Assembly: GCA_964016885.1 (NCBI GenBank)
Contig: OZ024744.1
Coordinates: forward strand, 3,534,001 to 3,598,000
Direction: 5' to 3'
Length of the DNA: 64,000 nucleotides
Source: Eledone cirrhosa
Taxonomy: Eukaryota
Part shown: positions 51,601 to 63,700 of the stretch, in pieces
Numbering within the stretch: position 1 is the stretch's first letter
Layout: every line of letters starts with the position of its first letter
Notes under the pieces: generated by a model
The model's input: only the letters and a program-made list of their open reading frames with translations
Told to the model about the DNA's origin: nothing
The model's database searches: none
Made by a program: the position numbers and the translations under genes

Positions 51601-54600
51601 AAGGTAGAGAAAGATAGCTTGTTGAAGAACGAAGTTTTGGGGAAGACAATGTAGAGAAAGATAGCTTGGTGAAGAACGAAGTTTTGGGGGAAGACAAGGT
51701 AGAGAAAGATAGCTTGGTGAAGAACGAAGTTTTGGGGGAAGACAAGGTAGAGAAAGATAGCTTGGTGAAGAACGACGTTTTGAAGGAAGACAAGGTAGAG
51801 AAAGATAGCTTGGTGAAGAACGAAGTTTTGGGGAAGACAATGTAGAGAAAGATAGCTTGGTGAAGAACGAAGTTTTGGGGGAAGACAAGGTAGAGAAAGA
51901 TAGCTTGGTGAAGAAAGAAGTTTTGGGGGAAGACAAGGTAGAGAAAGATAGCTTGGTGAATAACGAAGTTTTGGGAGAAGACAAGGTAGAGAAAGATAGC
52001 TTGGTGAAGAACGACGTTTTGAGGGAAGACAAGGTAGAGAAAGATAGCTTGGTGAAGAACGACGTTTTGTGGGAAGACAAGGTAGAGAAAGATAGCTTGG
52101 TGAAGAACGAAGTTTTGGGGGAAGACAAGGTAGAGAAAGATAGCTTGGTGAAGAACGAAGTTTTGGGGGAAGACAAGGTAGAGAAAGATAGCTTGGTGAA
52201 GAACGAAGTTTTGGCGGAAGACAAGGTAGAGAAAGATAGCTTGGTGAAGAACGACGTTTTGAGGGAAGACAAGGTAGAGAAAGATAGCTTGGTGAAGAAC
52301 GACGTTTTGTGGGAAGACAAGGTAGAGAAAGATAGCTTGGTGAAGAACGAAGTTTTGGGGGAAGACAAGGTAGAGAAAGATAGCTTGGTGAAGAACGAAG
52401 TTTTGGGGAAGACAATGTAGAGAAAGATAGCTTGGTGAAGAACGAAGTTTTGGGGGAAGACAAGGTAGAGAAAGATAGCTTGGTGAAGAACGAAGTTTTG
52501 AGGGAAGACAAGGTAGAGAAAGATAGCTTGGTGAATAACGAAATTTTGGGAGAAGACAAGGTAGAGAAAGATAGCTTGGTGAAGAACGACGTTTTGAGGG
52601 AAGACAAGGTAGAGAAAGATAGCTTGGTGAAGAACGAAGTTTTGGGGAAGACAATGTAGAGAAAGATAGCTTGGTGAAGAACGAAGTTTTGGGGGAAGAC
52701 AAGGTAGAGAAAGATAGCTTGGTGAAGAACGAAGTTTTGGGAGGAGACAAGGTAGAGAAAGATAGTTGGTGAAGAACGAAGTTTTGAAGGAAGACAAGGC
52801 AGAGAAAGATAGCTTGGTGAAGAACGAAGTTTTGAGGGAAGACAAGGTAGAGAAAGATAGCTTGGTGAAGAACGACGTTTTGTGGGAAGACAAGGTAGAG
52901 AAAGATAGCTTGGTGAAGAACGAAGTTTTGAGGGAAGACAAGGTAGAGAAAGATAGCTTGGTGAATAACGAAGTTTTGGGAGAAGACAATGTCGAGAAAG
53001 ATAGCTTGGTGAAGAACGAAGTTTTGAGGGAAGACAAGGTAGAGAAAGATAGCTTGGTGAAGAACGAAGTTTTGGGGGAAGACAAGGTAGAGAAAGATAG
53101 CTTGGTGAAGAACGAAGTTTTGGGGGAAGACAAGGTAGAGAAAGATAGCTTGGTGAAGAACGAAGTTTTGAGGGAAGACAAGGTAGAGAAAGATAGCTTG
53201 GTGAAAAACGACGTTTTGTGGGAAGACAAGGTAGAGAAAGATAGCTTGGTGAAGAACGAAGTTTTGTGGGAAGTCAAGGTAGAGAAAGATAGCTTGGTGA
53301 AGAACGAAGTTTTGGGGGAAGACAGGGTAGAGAAAGATAGCTTGGTGAAGAACGAAGTTTTGGGGGAAGACAAGGTAGAGAAAGATAGCTTGGTGAACAA
53401 CGAAGTTTTGGGGGAAGACAAGGTAGAGAAAGATAGCTTGGTGAAGAACGAAGTTTTGGGGAAGACAATGTAGAGAAAGATAGCTTGGTGAAGAACGAAG
53501 TTGTGGGGGAAGACAAGGTAGAGAAAGATAGCTTGGTGAAGAACGAAGTTTTGAGGGAAGACAAGGTAGAGTAAGATAGCTTGGTGAAGAACGATGTTTT
53601 GGGGAAGACACTGTAGAGAAAGATAGCTTGGTGAAGAACGAAGTTTTGAGGGAAGACAAGGTAGAGAAAGATAGCTTGGTGAATAACGAAGTTTGGGAGA
53701 AGACAAGGTAGAGAAAGATAGTTGGTGAAGAACGAAGTTTTGAGGGAAGACAAGGTAGAGAAAGATAGCTTGGTGAAGAACGACGTTTTGAGGGAAGACA
53801 AGGTAGAGAAAGATAGCTTGGTGAAGAACGACGTTTTGTGGGAAGACAAGGTAGAGAAAGATAGCTTGGTGAAGAACGAAGTTTTGGGGGAAGACAAGGT
53901 AGAGTAAGATAGCTTGGTGAAGAACGAAGTTTTGGGGAAGACAATGTAGAGAAAGATAGCTTGGTGAAGAACGAAGTTTTGGGGGAAGACAAGGTAGAGA
54001 AAGATAGCTTGGTGAAGAACGAAGTTTTGAGGGAAGACAAGGTAGAGAAAGATAGCTTGGTGAAGAACGAAGTTTTGAGGGAAGACAAGGTAGAGAAAGA
54101 TAGCTTGGTGAATAACGAAGTTTTGGGAGAAGACAAGGTAGAGAAAGATAGCTTGGTGAAGAACGACGTTTTGAGGGAAGACAAGGTAGAGAAAGATAGC
54201 TTGTTGAAGAACGAAGTTTTGGGGAAGACAATGTAGAGAAAGATAGCTTGGTGAAGAACGAAGTTTTGGGGGAAGACAAGGTAGAGAAAGATAGCTTGGT
54301 GAAGAACGAAGTTTTGGGGGAAGACAAGGTAGAGAAAGATAGCTTGGTGAAGAACGACGTTTTGAAGGAAGACAAGGTAGAGAAAGATAGCTTGGTGAAG
54401 AACGAAGTTTTGGGGAAGACAATGTAGAGAAAGATAGCTTGGTGAAGAACGAAGTTTTGGGGGAAGACAAGGTAGAGAAAGATAGCTTGGTGAAGAAAGA
54501 AGTTTTGGGGGAAGACAAGGTAGAGAAAGATAGCTTGGTGAATAACGAAGTTTTGGGAGAAGACAAGGTAGAGAAAGATAGCTTGGTGAAGAACGACGTT

Positions 54601-56600
54601 TTGAGGGAAGACAAGGTAGAGCAAGATAGCTTGGTGAAGAACGACGTTTTGTGGGAAGACAAGGTAGAGAAAGATAGCTTGGTGAAGAACGAAGTTTTGG
54701 GGGAAGACAAGGTAGAGAAAGATAGCTTGGTGAAGAACGAAGTTTTGGGGGAAGACAAGGTAGAGAAAGATAGCTTGGTGAAGAACGAAGTTTTGGGGGA
54801 AGACAAGGTAGAGAAAGATAGCTTGGTGAAGAACGACGTTTTGAGGGAAGACAAGGTAGAGAAAGATAGCTTGGTGAAGAACGACGTTTTGTGGGAAGAC
54901 AAGGTAGAGAAAGATAGCTTGGTGAAGAACGAAGTTTTGGGGGAAGACAAGGTAGAGAAAGATAGCTTGGTGAAGAACGAAGTTTTGGGGAAGACAATGT
55001 AGAGAAAGATAGCTTGGTGAAGAACGAAGTTTTGGGGGAAGACAAGGTAGAGAAAGATAGCTTGGTGAAGAACGAAGTTTTGAGGGAAGACAAGGTAGAG
55101 AAAGATAGCTTGGTGAATAACGAAATTTTGGGAGAAGACAAGGTAGAGAAAGATAGCTTGGTGAAGAACGACGTTTTGAGGGAAGACAAGGTAGAGAAAG
55201 ATAGCTTGGTGAAGAACGAAGTTTTGGGGAAGACAATGTAGAGAAAGATAGCTTGGTGAAGAACGAAGTTTTGGGGGAAGACAAGGTAGAGAAAGATAGC
55301 TTGGTGAAGAACGAAGTTTTGGGAGGAGACAAGGTAGAGAAAGATAGTTGGTGAAGAACGAAGTTTTGAAGGAAGACAAGGCAGAGAAAGATAGCTTGGT
55401 GAAGAACGAAGTTTTGAGGGAAGACAAGGTAGAGAAAGATAGCTTGGTGAAGAACGACGTTTTGTGGGAAGACAAGGTAGAGAAAGATAGCTTGGTGAAG
55501 AACGAAGTTTTGAGGGAAGACAAGGTAGAGAAAGATAGCTTGGTGAATAACGAAGTTTTGGGAGAAGACAATGTCGAGAAAGATAGCTTGGTGAAGAACG
55601 AAGTTTTGAGGGAAGACAAGGTAGAGAAAGATAGCTTGGTGAAGAACGAAGTTTTGGGGGAAGACAAGGTAGAGAAAGATAGCTTGGTGAAGAACGAAGT
55701 TTTGGGGGAAGACAAGGTAGAGAAAGATAGCTTGGTGAAGAACGAAGTTTTGAGGGAAGACAAGGTAGAGAAAGATAGCTTGGTGAAAAACGACGTTTTG
55801 TGGGAAGACAAGGTAGAGAAAGATAGCTTGGTGAAGAACGAAGTTTTGTGGGAAGTCAAGGTAGAGAAAGATAGCTTGGTGAAGAACGAAGTTTTGGGGG
55901 AAGACAAGGTAGAGAAAGATAGCTTGGTGAAGAACGAAGTTTTGGGGGAAGACAAGGTAGAGAAAGATAGCTTGGTGAACAACGAAGTTTTGGGGGAAGA
56001 CAAGGTAGAAAAAGATAGCTTGGTAAAGAACGAAGTTTTGGGGAAAACAATGTAGAGAAAGATAGCTTGGTGAAGAACGAAGTTTTGGGGGAAGACAAGG
56101 TAGAGAAAGATAGCTTGGTGAAGAACGAAGTTTTGGGGAAGACAATGTAGAGAAACATAGCTTGGTGAAGAACGAAGTTGTGGGGGAAGACAAGGTAGAG
56201 AAAGATAGCTTGGTGAAGAACGAAGTTTTGGGGGAAGACAAGGTAGAGAAAGATAGCTTGGTGAAGAACGACGTTTTGAGGGAAGACAAGGTAGAGAAAG
56301 ATAGCTTGGTGAAGAACGATGTTTTGGGGAAGACACTGTAGAGAAAGATAGCTTGGTGAAGAACGAAGTTTTGAGGGAAGACAAGGTAGAGAAAGATAGC
56401 TTGGTGAATAACGAAGTTTGGGAGAAGACAAGGTAGAGAAAGATAGTTGGTGAAGAACGAAGTTTTGAGGGAAGACAAGGTAGAGAAAGATAGCTTGGTG
56501 AAGAACGACGTTTTGAGGGAAGACAAGGTAGAGAAAGATAGCTTGGTGAAGAACGACGTTTTGTGGGAAGACAAGGTAGAGAAAGATAGCTTGGTGAAGA
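48700..56600. repeat. Three tandem copies of a ~2.6-2.7-kb higher-order unit (offsets 2725 and 2582 bp)
   Basis: ORF triplets 49132/51857/54439, 49707/52432/55014 and 50041/52766/55348. Shared variants include AAGAAAGAAG, GACGTTTTGAAGG, AATAACGAAATT and GTGAAAAACGAC. Confidence 0.85.
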
Positions 56601-59600
56601 ACGAAGTTTTGGGGGAAGACAAGGTAGAGAAAGATAGCTTGGTGAAGAACGAAGTTTTGGGGAAGACAATGTAGAGAAAGATAGCTTGGTGAAGAACGAA
56701 GTTTTGGGGGAAGACAAGGTAGAGAAAGATAGCTTGGTGAAGAACGAAGTTTTGAGGGAAGACAAGGTAGAGAAAGATAGCTTGGTGAATAAAGAAGTTT
56801 TGGGAGAAGACAAGGTAGAGAAAGATAGCTTGGTGAAGAACGACGTTTTGAGGGAAGACAAGGTAGAGAAAGATAGCTTGGTGAAGAACGAAGTTTTGGG
56901 GAAGACAATGTAGAGAAAGATAGCTTGGTGAAGAACGAAGTTTTGGGGGAAGACAAGGTAGAGAAAGATAGCTTGGTGAAGAACGAAGTTTTGAGGGAAG
57001 ACAAGGTAGAGAAAGATAGCTTGGTGAATAACGAAGTTTTGGGAGAAGACAAGGTAGAGAAAGATAGTTGGTGAAGAACAAAGTTTTGAAGGAAGACAAG
57101 GCAGAGAAAGATAGCTTGGTGAAGAACGAAGTTTTGGGGGAAGACAAGGTAGAGAAAGATAGCTTGGTGAAGAACGAAGTTTTGGGGGAAGACAAGGTAG
57201 AGAAAGATAGCTTGGTGAAGAACGAAGTTTTGAAGGAAGACAAGGCAGAGAAAGATAGCTTGGTGAAGAACGAAGTTTTGAGAGAAGACAAGGTAGAGAA
57301 AGATAGCTTGGTGAAGAACGACGTTTTGTGGGAAGACAAGGTAGAGAAAGATAGCTTGGTGAAGAACGAAGTTTTGAGGGAAGACAAGGTAGAGAAAGAT
57401 AGCTTGGTGAATAACGAAGTTTTGGGAGAAGACAATGTCGAGAAAGATAGCTTGGTGAAGAACGAAGTTTTGAGGGAAGACAAGGTAGAGAAAGATAGCT
57501 TGGTGAAGAACGAAGTTTTGGGGGAAGACAAGGTAGAGAAAGATAGCTTGGTGAAGAACGAAGTTTTGGGGGAAGACAAGGTAGAGAAAGATAGCTTGGT
57601 GAAGGACGAAGTTTTGAGGGATGACAAGGTAGAGAAAGATGACTTGGTGAAGAACGAAGTTTTGGGGGAAGACAAGGTAGAGAAAGATAGCTTGGTGAAG
57701 AACGAAGTTTTGAGGGAAGACAAGGTAGAGAAAGATAGCTTGGTGAAGAACGAAGTTTTGGGGGAAGACAATGTAGAGAAAGATATATTGGTGAAGAACG
57801 AAGTTTTGGGGAAGACAATGTAGAGAAAGATAGCTTGGTGAAGAACGAAGTTTTGGGGGAAGACAAGGGAGAGAAAGATAGATTGGTGAAGGACGAAGTT
57901 TTGAGGGATGACAAGGTAGAGAAAGATGACTTGGTGAAGAACGAAGTTTTGGGGGAAGACAAGGTAGAGAAAGATAGCTTGGTGAAGAACGAAGTTTTGA
58001 GGGAAGACAAGGTAGAGAAAGATAGCTTGGTGAAGAACGAAGTTTTGGGGGAAGACAATGTAGAGAAAGATATATTGGTGAAGAACGAAGTTTTGGGGAA
58101 GACAATGTAGAGAAAGATAGCTTGGTGAAGAACGAAGTTTTGGGGGAAGACAAGGTAGAGAAAGATAGCTTGGTGAAGAACGAAGTTTTGGGGGAAGACA
58201 AGGTAGAGAAAGATAGCTTGGTGAAGAACGACGTTTTGAGGGAAGACAAGGTAGAGAAAGATAGCTTGGTGAAGAACGACGTTTTGAGGGAAGACAAGGT
58301 AGAGAAAGATAGCTTGGTGAAGAACGAAGTTTTGACGGAAGACAAGGTAGAGAAAGATAGCTTGGTGAAGAATGACGTTTTGTGGGAAGACAAGGTAGAG
58401 AAAGATAGCTTGGTGAAGAACGAATTTTTGAGGGAAGACAAGGTAGAGAAAGATAGCTTGGTGAATAACGAAGTTTTGGGAGAAGACAAGGTCGAGAAAG
58501 ATAGCTTGGTGAAGAACGAAGTTTTGAGGGAAGACAAGGTAGAGAAAGATAGCTTGGTGAAGAACGAAGTTCTGATGGGAGACAAGGTAGAGAAAGATAG
58601 CTTGGTGAAGAACGAAATTTTGGGAGAAGACAAGGTAGAGAAAGATATCTTGGTGAAGAACGAAGTTTTGACGGAAGACAAGGTAGAGAAAGATAGCTTG
58701 GTGAAGAATGACGTTTTGTGGGAAGACAAGGTAGAGAAAGATAGGTTGGTGAAGAACGAAGTTTTGTGTGAAGACAAGCTAGAGAAAGATAGCTTGGTGA
58801 AGAACGAAGTTTTGGGGGAAGACAAGGTAGATAAAGATAGATTGGTGAAGAACGAAGTTTTGAGGGATGACAAGGTAGAGAAAGATGACTTGGTGAAGAA
58901 CGAAGTTTTGGGGGAAGACAAGGTAGAGAAAGATAGCTTGGTGAAGAACGAAGTTTTGGGGGAAGACAAGGTAGAGAAAGATAGCTTGGTGAAGAACGAA
59001 GTTTTGGGGGAAGACAAGGTAGAGAAAGATAGCTTGGTGAAGAAGGAAGTTTTGAGGGAAGACAAGGTAGAGAAAGATAGCTTGGTGAATAACGAAGTTT
59101 TGGGAGAAGACAAGGTAGAGAAAGATAGCTTGGTGAAGAACGATGTTTTGAGGGAAGACAAGGTAGAGAAAGATAGCTTTGTGAAGAACGACGTTTTGAG
59201 GGGAGACAAGGTAGAGAAAGATAGCTTGGTGAAGAACGACGTTTTGAGGGAAGACATGGTAAAGAAAGATAGCTTGGTGAAGAACGAAGTTTGGGGGAAG
59301 ACAAGGTAGAGAAAGATAGCTTGCGAAGAACGAAGTTTTGGGGGAAGACAACGTAGAGAAAGATAGCTTGGTGAAGAACGAAGTTTTGGGGGAGGACAAG
59401 GTAGAGAAAGATAGCTTGGTGAAGAACGACGTTTTGAGGGAAGACAAGGTAGAGAAAGATAGCTTGGTGAAGAACGAAGTTTTGACGGAAGACAAGGTAG
59501 AGAAAGATAGCTTGGTGAAGAATGACGTTTTGTGGGAAGACAAGGTAGAGAAAGATAGCTTGGTGAAGAACGAAGTTTTGAGGGAAGACAAGGTAGAGAA

Positions 59601-60754
59601 AGATAGCTTGGTGAATAACGAAGTTTTGGGAGAAGACAATGTCGAGAAAGATAGCTTGGTGAAGAACGAAGTTTTGAGGGAAGACAAGGTAGAGAAAGAT
59701 AGCTTGGTGAAGAACGAAGTTTTGGGGGAAGACAAGGTAGAGAAAGATAGCTTGGTGAAGAACGAAGTTTTGGGGGAAGACAAGGTAGAGAAAGATAGCT
59801 TGGTGAAGAACGAAGTTTTGAGGGAAGACAAGGTAGAGAAAGATAGCTTGGTGAAGAACGACGTTTTGTGGGAAGACAAGGTAGAGAAAGATAGATTGGT
59901 GAAGAACGAAGTTTTGTGGGAAGTCAAGGTAGAGAAAGATAGCTTGGTGAAGAACGAAGTTTTGGGGGAAGACAAGGTAGAGAAAGATAGCTTGGTGAAG
60001 AACGAAGTTTTGGGGGAAGACAAGGTAGAGAAAGATAGCTTGGTGAACAACGAAGTTTTGGGGGAAGACAAGGTAGAAAAAGATAGCTTGGTAAAGAACG
60101 AAGTTTTGGGGAAAACAATGTAGAGAAAGATAGCTTGGTGAAGAACGAAGTTTTGGGGGAAGACAAGGTAGAGAAAGATAGCTTGGTGAAGAACGAAGTT
60201 TTGGGGAAGACAATGTAGAGAAAGATAGCTTGGTGAAGAACGAAGTTGTGGGGGAAGACAAGGTAGAGAAAGATAGCTTGGTGAAGAACGAAGTTTTGGG
60301 GGAAGACAAGGTAGAGAAAGATAGCTTGGTGAAGAACGACGTTTTGAGGGAAGACAAGGTAGAGAAAGATAGCTTGGTGAAGAACGATGTTTTGGGGAAG
60401 ACACTGTAGAGAAAGATAGACTTGGTGAAGAACGAAGTTTTGAGGGAAGACAAGGTAGAGAAAGATAGCTTGGTGAATAACGAAGTTTGGGAGAAGACAA
60501 GGTAGAGAAAGATAGTTGGTGAAGAACGAAGTTTTGAGGGAAGACAAGGTAGAGAAAGATAGCTTGGTGAAGAACGACGTTTTGAGGGAAGACAAGGTAG
60601 AGAAAGATAGCTTGGTGAAGAACGACGTTTTGTGGGAAGACAAGGTAGAGAAAGATAGCTTGGTGAAGAACGAAGTTTTGGGGGAAGACAAGGTAGAGAA
60701 AGATAGCTTGGTGAAGAACGAAGTTTTGGGGAAGACAATGTAGAGAAAGATAGC

Positions 60755-63700
60755 TTGGTGAAGAACGAAGTTTTGGGGGAAGACAAGGTAGAGAAAGATA
60801 GCTTGGTGAAGAACGAAGTTTTGAGGGAAGACAAGGTAGAGAAAGATAGCTTGGTGAATAACGAAGTTTTGGGAGAAGACAAGGTAGAGAAAGATAGCTT
60901 GGTGAAGAACGACGTTTTGAGGGAAGACAAGGTAGAGAAAGATAGCTTGGTGAAGAACGAAGTTTTGGGGAAGACAATGTAGAGAAAGATAGCTTGGTGA
61001 AGAACGAAGTTTTGGGGGAAGACAAGGTAGAGAAAGATAGCTTGGTGAAGAACGAAGTTTTGAGGGAAGACAAGGTAGAGAAAGATAGCTTGCTGAATAA
61101 CGAAGTTTTGGGAGAAGACAAGGTAGAGAAAGATAGTTGGTGAAGAACGAAGTTTTGAAGGAAGACAAGGCAGAGAAAGATAGCTTGGTGAAGAACGACG
61201 TTTTGTGGGAAGACAAGGTAGAGAAAGATAGCTTGGTGAAGAACGAAGTTTTGGGGGAAGACAAGGTAGAGAAAGATAGCTTGGTGAAGAACGAAGTTTT
61301 GGGGGAAGACAAGGTAGAGAAAGATAGCTTGGTGAAGAACGAAGTTTTGAGGGAAAACAAGGTAGAGAAAGATAGCTTGGTGAATAACGAAGTTTTGGGA
61401 GGAGACAAGGTGGAGAAAGATAGCTTGGTGAAGAACGAATTTTGAGGGAAGACAAGGTAGAGAAAGATAGCTTGGTGAAGAACGACGTTTTGTGGGAAGA
61501 CAAGGGAGAGAAAGATAGATTGGTGAAGGACGAAGTTTTGAGGGATGACAAGGTAGAGAAAGATGACTTGGTGAAGAACGAAGTTTTGGGGGAAGACAAG
61601 GTAGTGAAAGATAGCTTGGTGAAGAACGAAGTTTTGGGGGAAGACAAGGTAGAGAAAGATAGCTTGGTGAAGAACGAAGTTTTGGGGGAAGACAAGGTAG
61701 AGAAAGATAGCTTGGTGAAGAACGAAGTTTTGAGGGAAGACAAGGTAGAGAAAGATAGCTTGGTGAATAACGAAGTTTTGGGAGAATACAAGGTAGAGAA
61801 AGATAGCTTGGTGAAGAACGATGTTTTGAGGGAAGACAAGGTAGAGAAAGATAGCTTGGTGAAGAACGACGTTTTGAGGGAAGACAAGGTAGAGAAAGAT
61901 AGCTTGGTGAAGAACGACGTTTTGTGGGAAGACAAGGTAGAGAAAGATAGCTTGGTGAAGAACGAAGTTTTGGGGGAAGACAAGGTAGAGAAAGATAGCT
62001 TGCGAAGAACGAAGTTTTGGGGGAAGACAAGGTAGAGAAAGATAGCTTGGTGAAGAACGAAGTTTTGGGGGAGGACAAGGTAGCGAAAGATAGCTTGGTG
62101 AAAAACGACGTTTTGAGGGAAGGCAAGGTAGAGAAAGATAGCTTGGTGAAGAACGAAGTTTTGACGGAAGACAAGGTAGAGAAAGATAGCTTGGTGAAGA
62201 ATGACGTTTTGTGGGAAGACAAGGTAGAGAAAGATAGCTTGGTGAATAACGAAGTTTTGAGGGAAGACAAGGTAGAGAAAGATAGCTTGGTGAAGAACGA
62301 AGTTTTGGGGGAAGACAAGGTAGAGAAAGATAGCTTGGTGAAGAACGAAGTTTTGAGGGAAGACAAGGTAGAGAAAGATAGCTTGGTGAAGAACGACGTT
62401 TTGTGGGAAGACAAGGTAGAGAAAGATAGCTTGGTGAAGAACGAAGTTTTGTGGGAAGTCAAGGTAGAGAAAGATAGCTTGGTGAAGAACGAAGTTTTGG
62501 GGGAAGACAAGGTAGAGAAATATATCTTGGTGAACAACGAAGATTTGGGGGAAGACAAGGTAGAGAAAGATAGCTTGGTGAACAACGAAGTTTTGGGGGA
62601 AGACAAGGTAGAAAAAGATAGCTTGGTAAAGAACGAAGTTTTGGGGAAAACAATGTAGAGAAAGATAGCTTGGTGAAGAACGAAGTTTTGGGGGAAGACA
62701 AGGTAGAGAAAGATAGCTTGGTGAAGAACGTAGTTTTGAGGGAAGACAAGGTAGAGAAAGATAGCTTGGTGAATAACGAAGTTTTGGGAGAAGACAAGGT
62801 AGAGAAAGATAGCTTGGTGAAGAACGACGTTTTGAGGGAAGACAAGGTAGAGAAAGATAGCTTGGTGAAGAACGAAGTTTTGGGGAAGACAATGTAGAGA
62901 AAGATAGCTTGGTGAAGAACGAAGTTTTGGGGGAAGACAAGGTAGAGAACGATAGCTTGGTGAAGAACGAAGTTTTGAGGGAAGACAAGGTAGAGAAAGA
63001 TAGCTTGCTGAATAACGAAGTTTTGGGAGAAGACAAGGTAGAGAAAGATAGTTGGTGAAGAACGAAGTTTTGAAGGAAGACAAGGCAGAGAAAGATAGCT
63101 TGGTGAAGAACGACGTTTTGTGGGAAGACAAGGTAGAGAAAGATAGCTTGGTGAAGAACGAAGTTTTGGGGGAAGACAAGGTAGAGAAAGATAGCTTGGT
63201 GAAGAACGAAGTTTTGGGGGAAGACAAGGTAGAGAAAGATAGCTTGGTGAAGAACGAAGTTTTGAGGGAAAACAAGGTAGAGAAAGATAGCTTGGTGAAT
63301 AACGAAGTTTTGGGAGGAGACAAGGTGGAGAAAGATAGCTTGGTGAAGAACGAATTTTGAGGGAAGACAAGGTAGAGAAAGATAGCTTGGTGAAGAACGA
63401 CGTTTTGTGGGAAGACAAGGGAGAGAAAGATAGATTGGTGAAGGACGAAGTTTTGAGGGATGACAAGGTAGAGAAAGATGACTTGGTGAAGAACGAAGTT
63501 TTGGGGGAAGACAAGGTAGTGAAAGATAGCTTGGTGAAGAACGAAGTTTTGGGGGAAGACAAGGTAGAGAAAGATAGCTTGGTGAAGAACGAAGTTTTCG
63601 GGGAAGACAAGGTAGAGAAATATAGCTTGGTGAAGAACGAAGTTTTGAGGGAAGACAAGGTAGAGAAAGATAGCTTGGTGAATAACGAAGTTTTGGGAGA

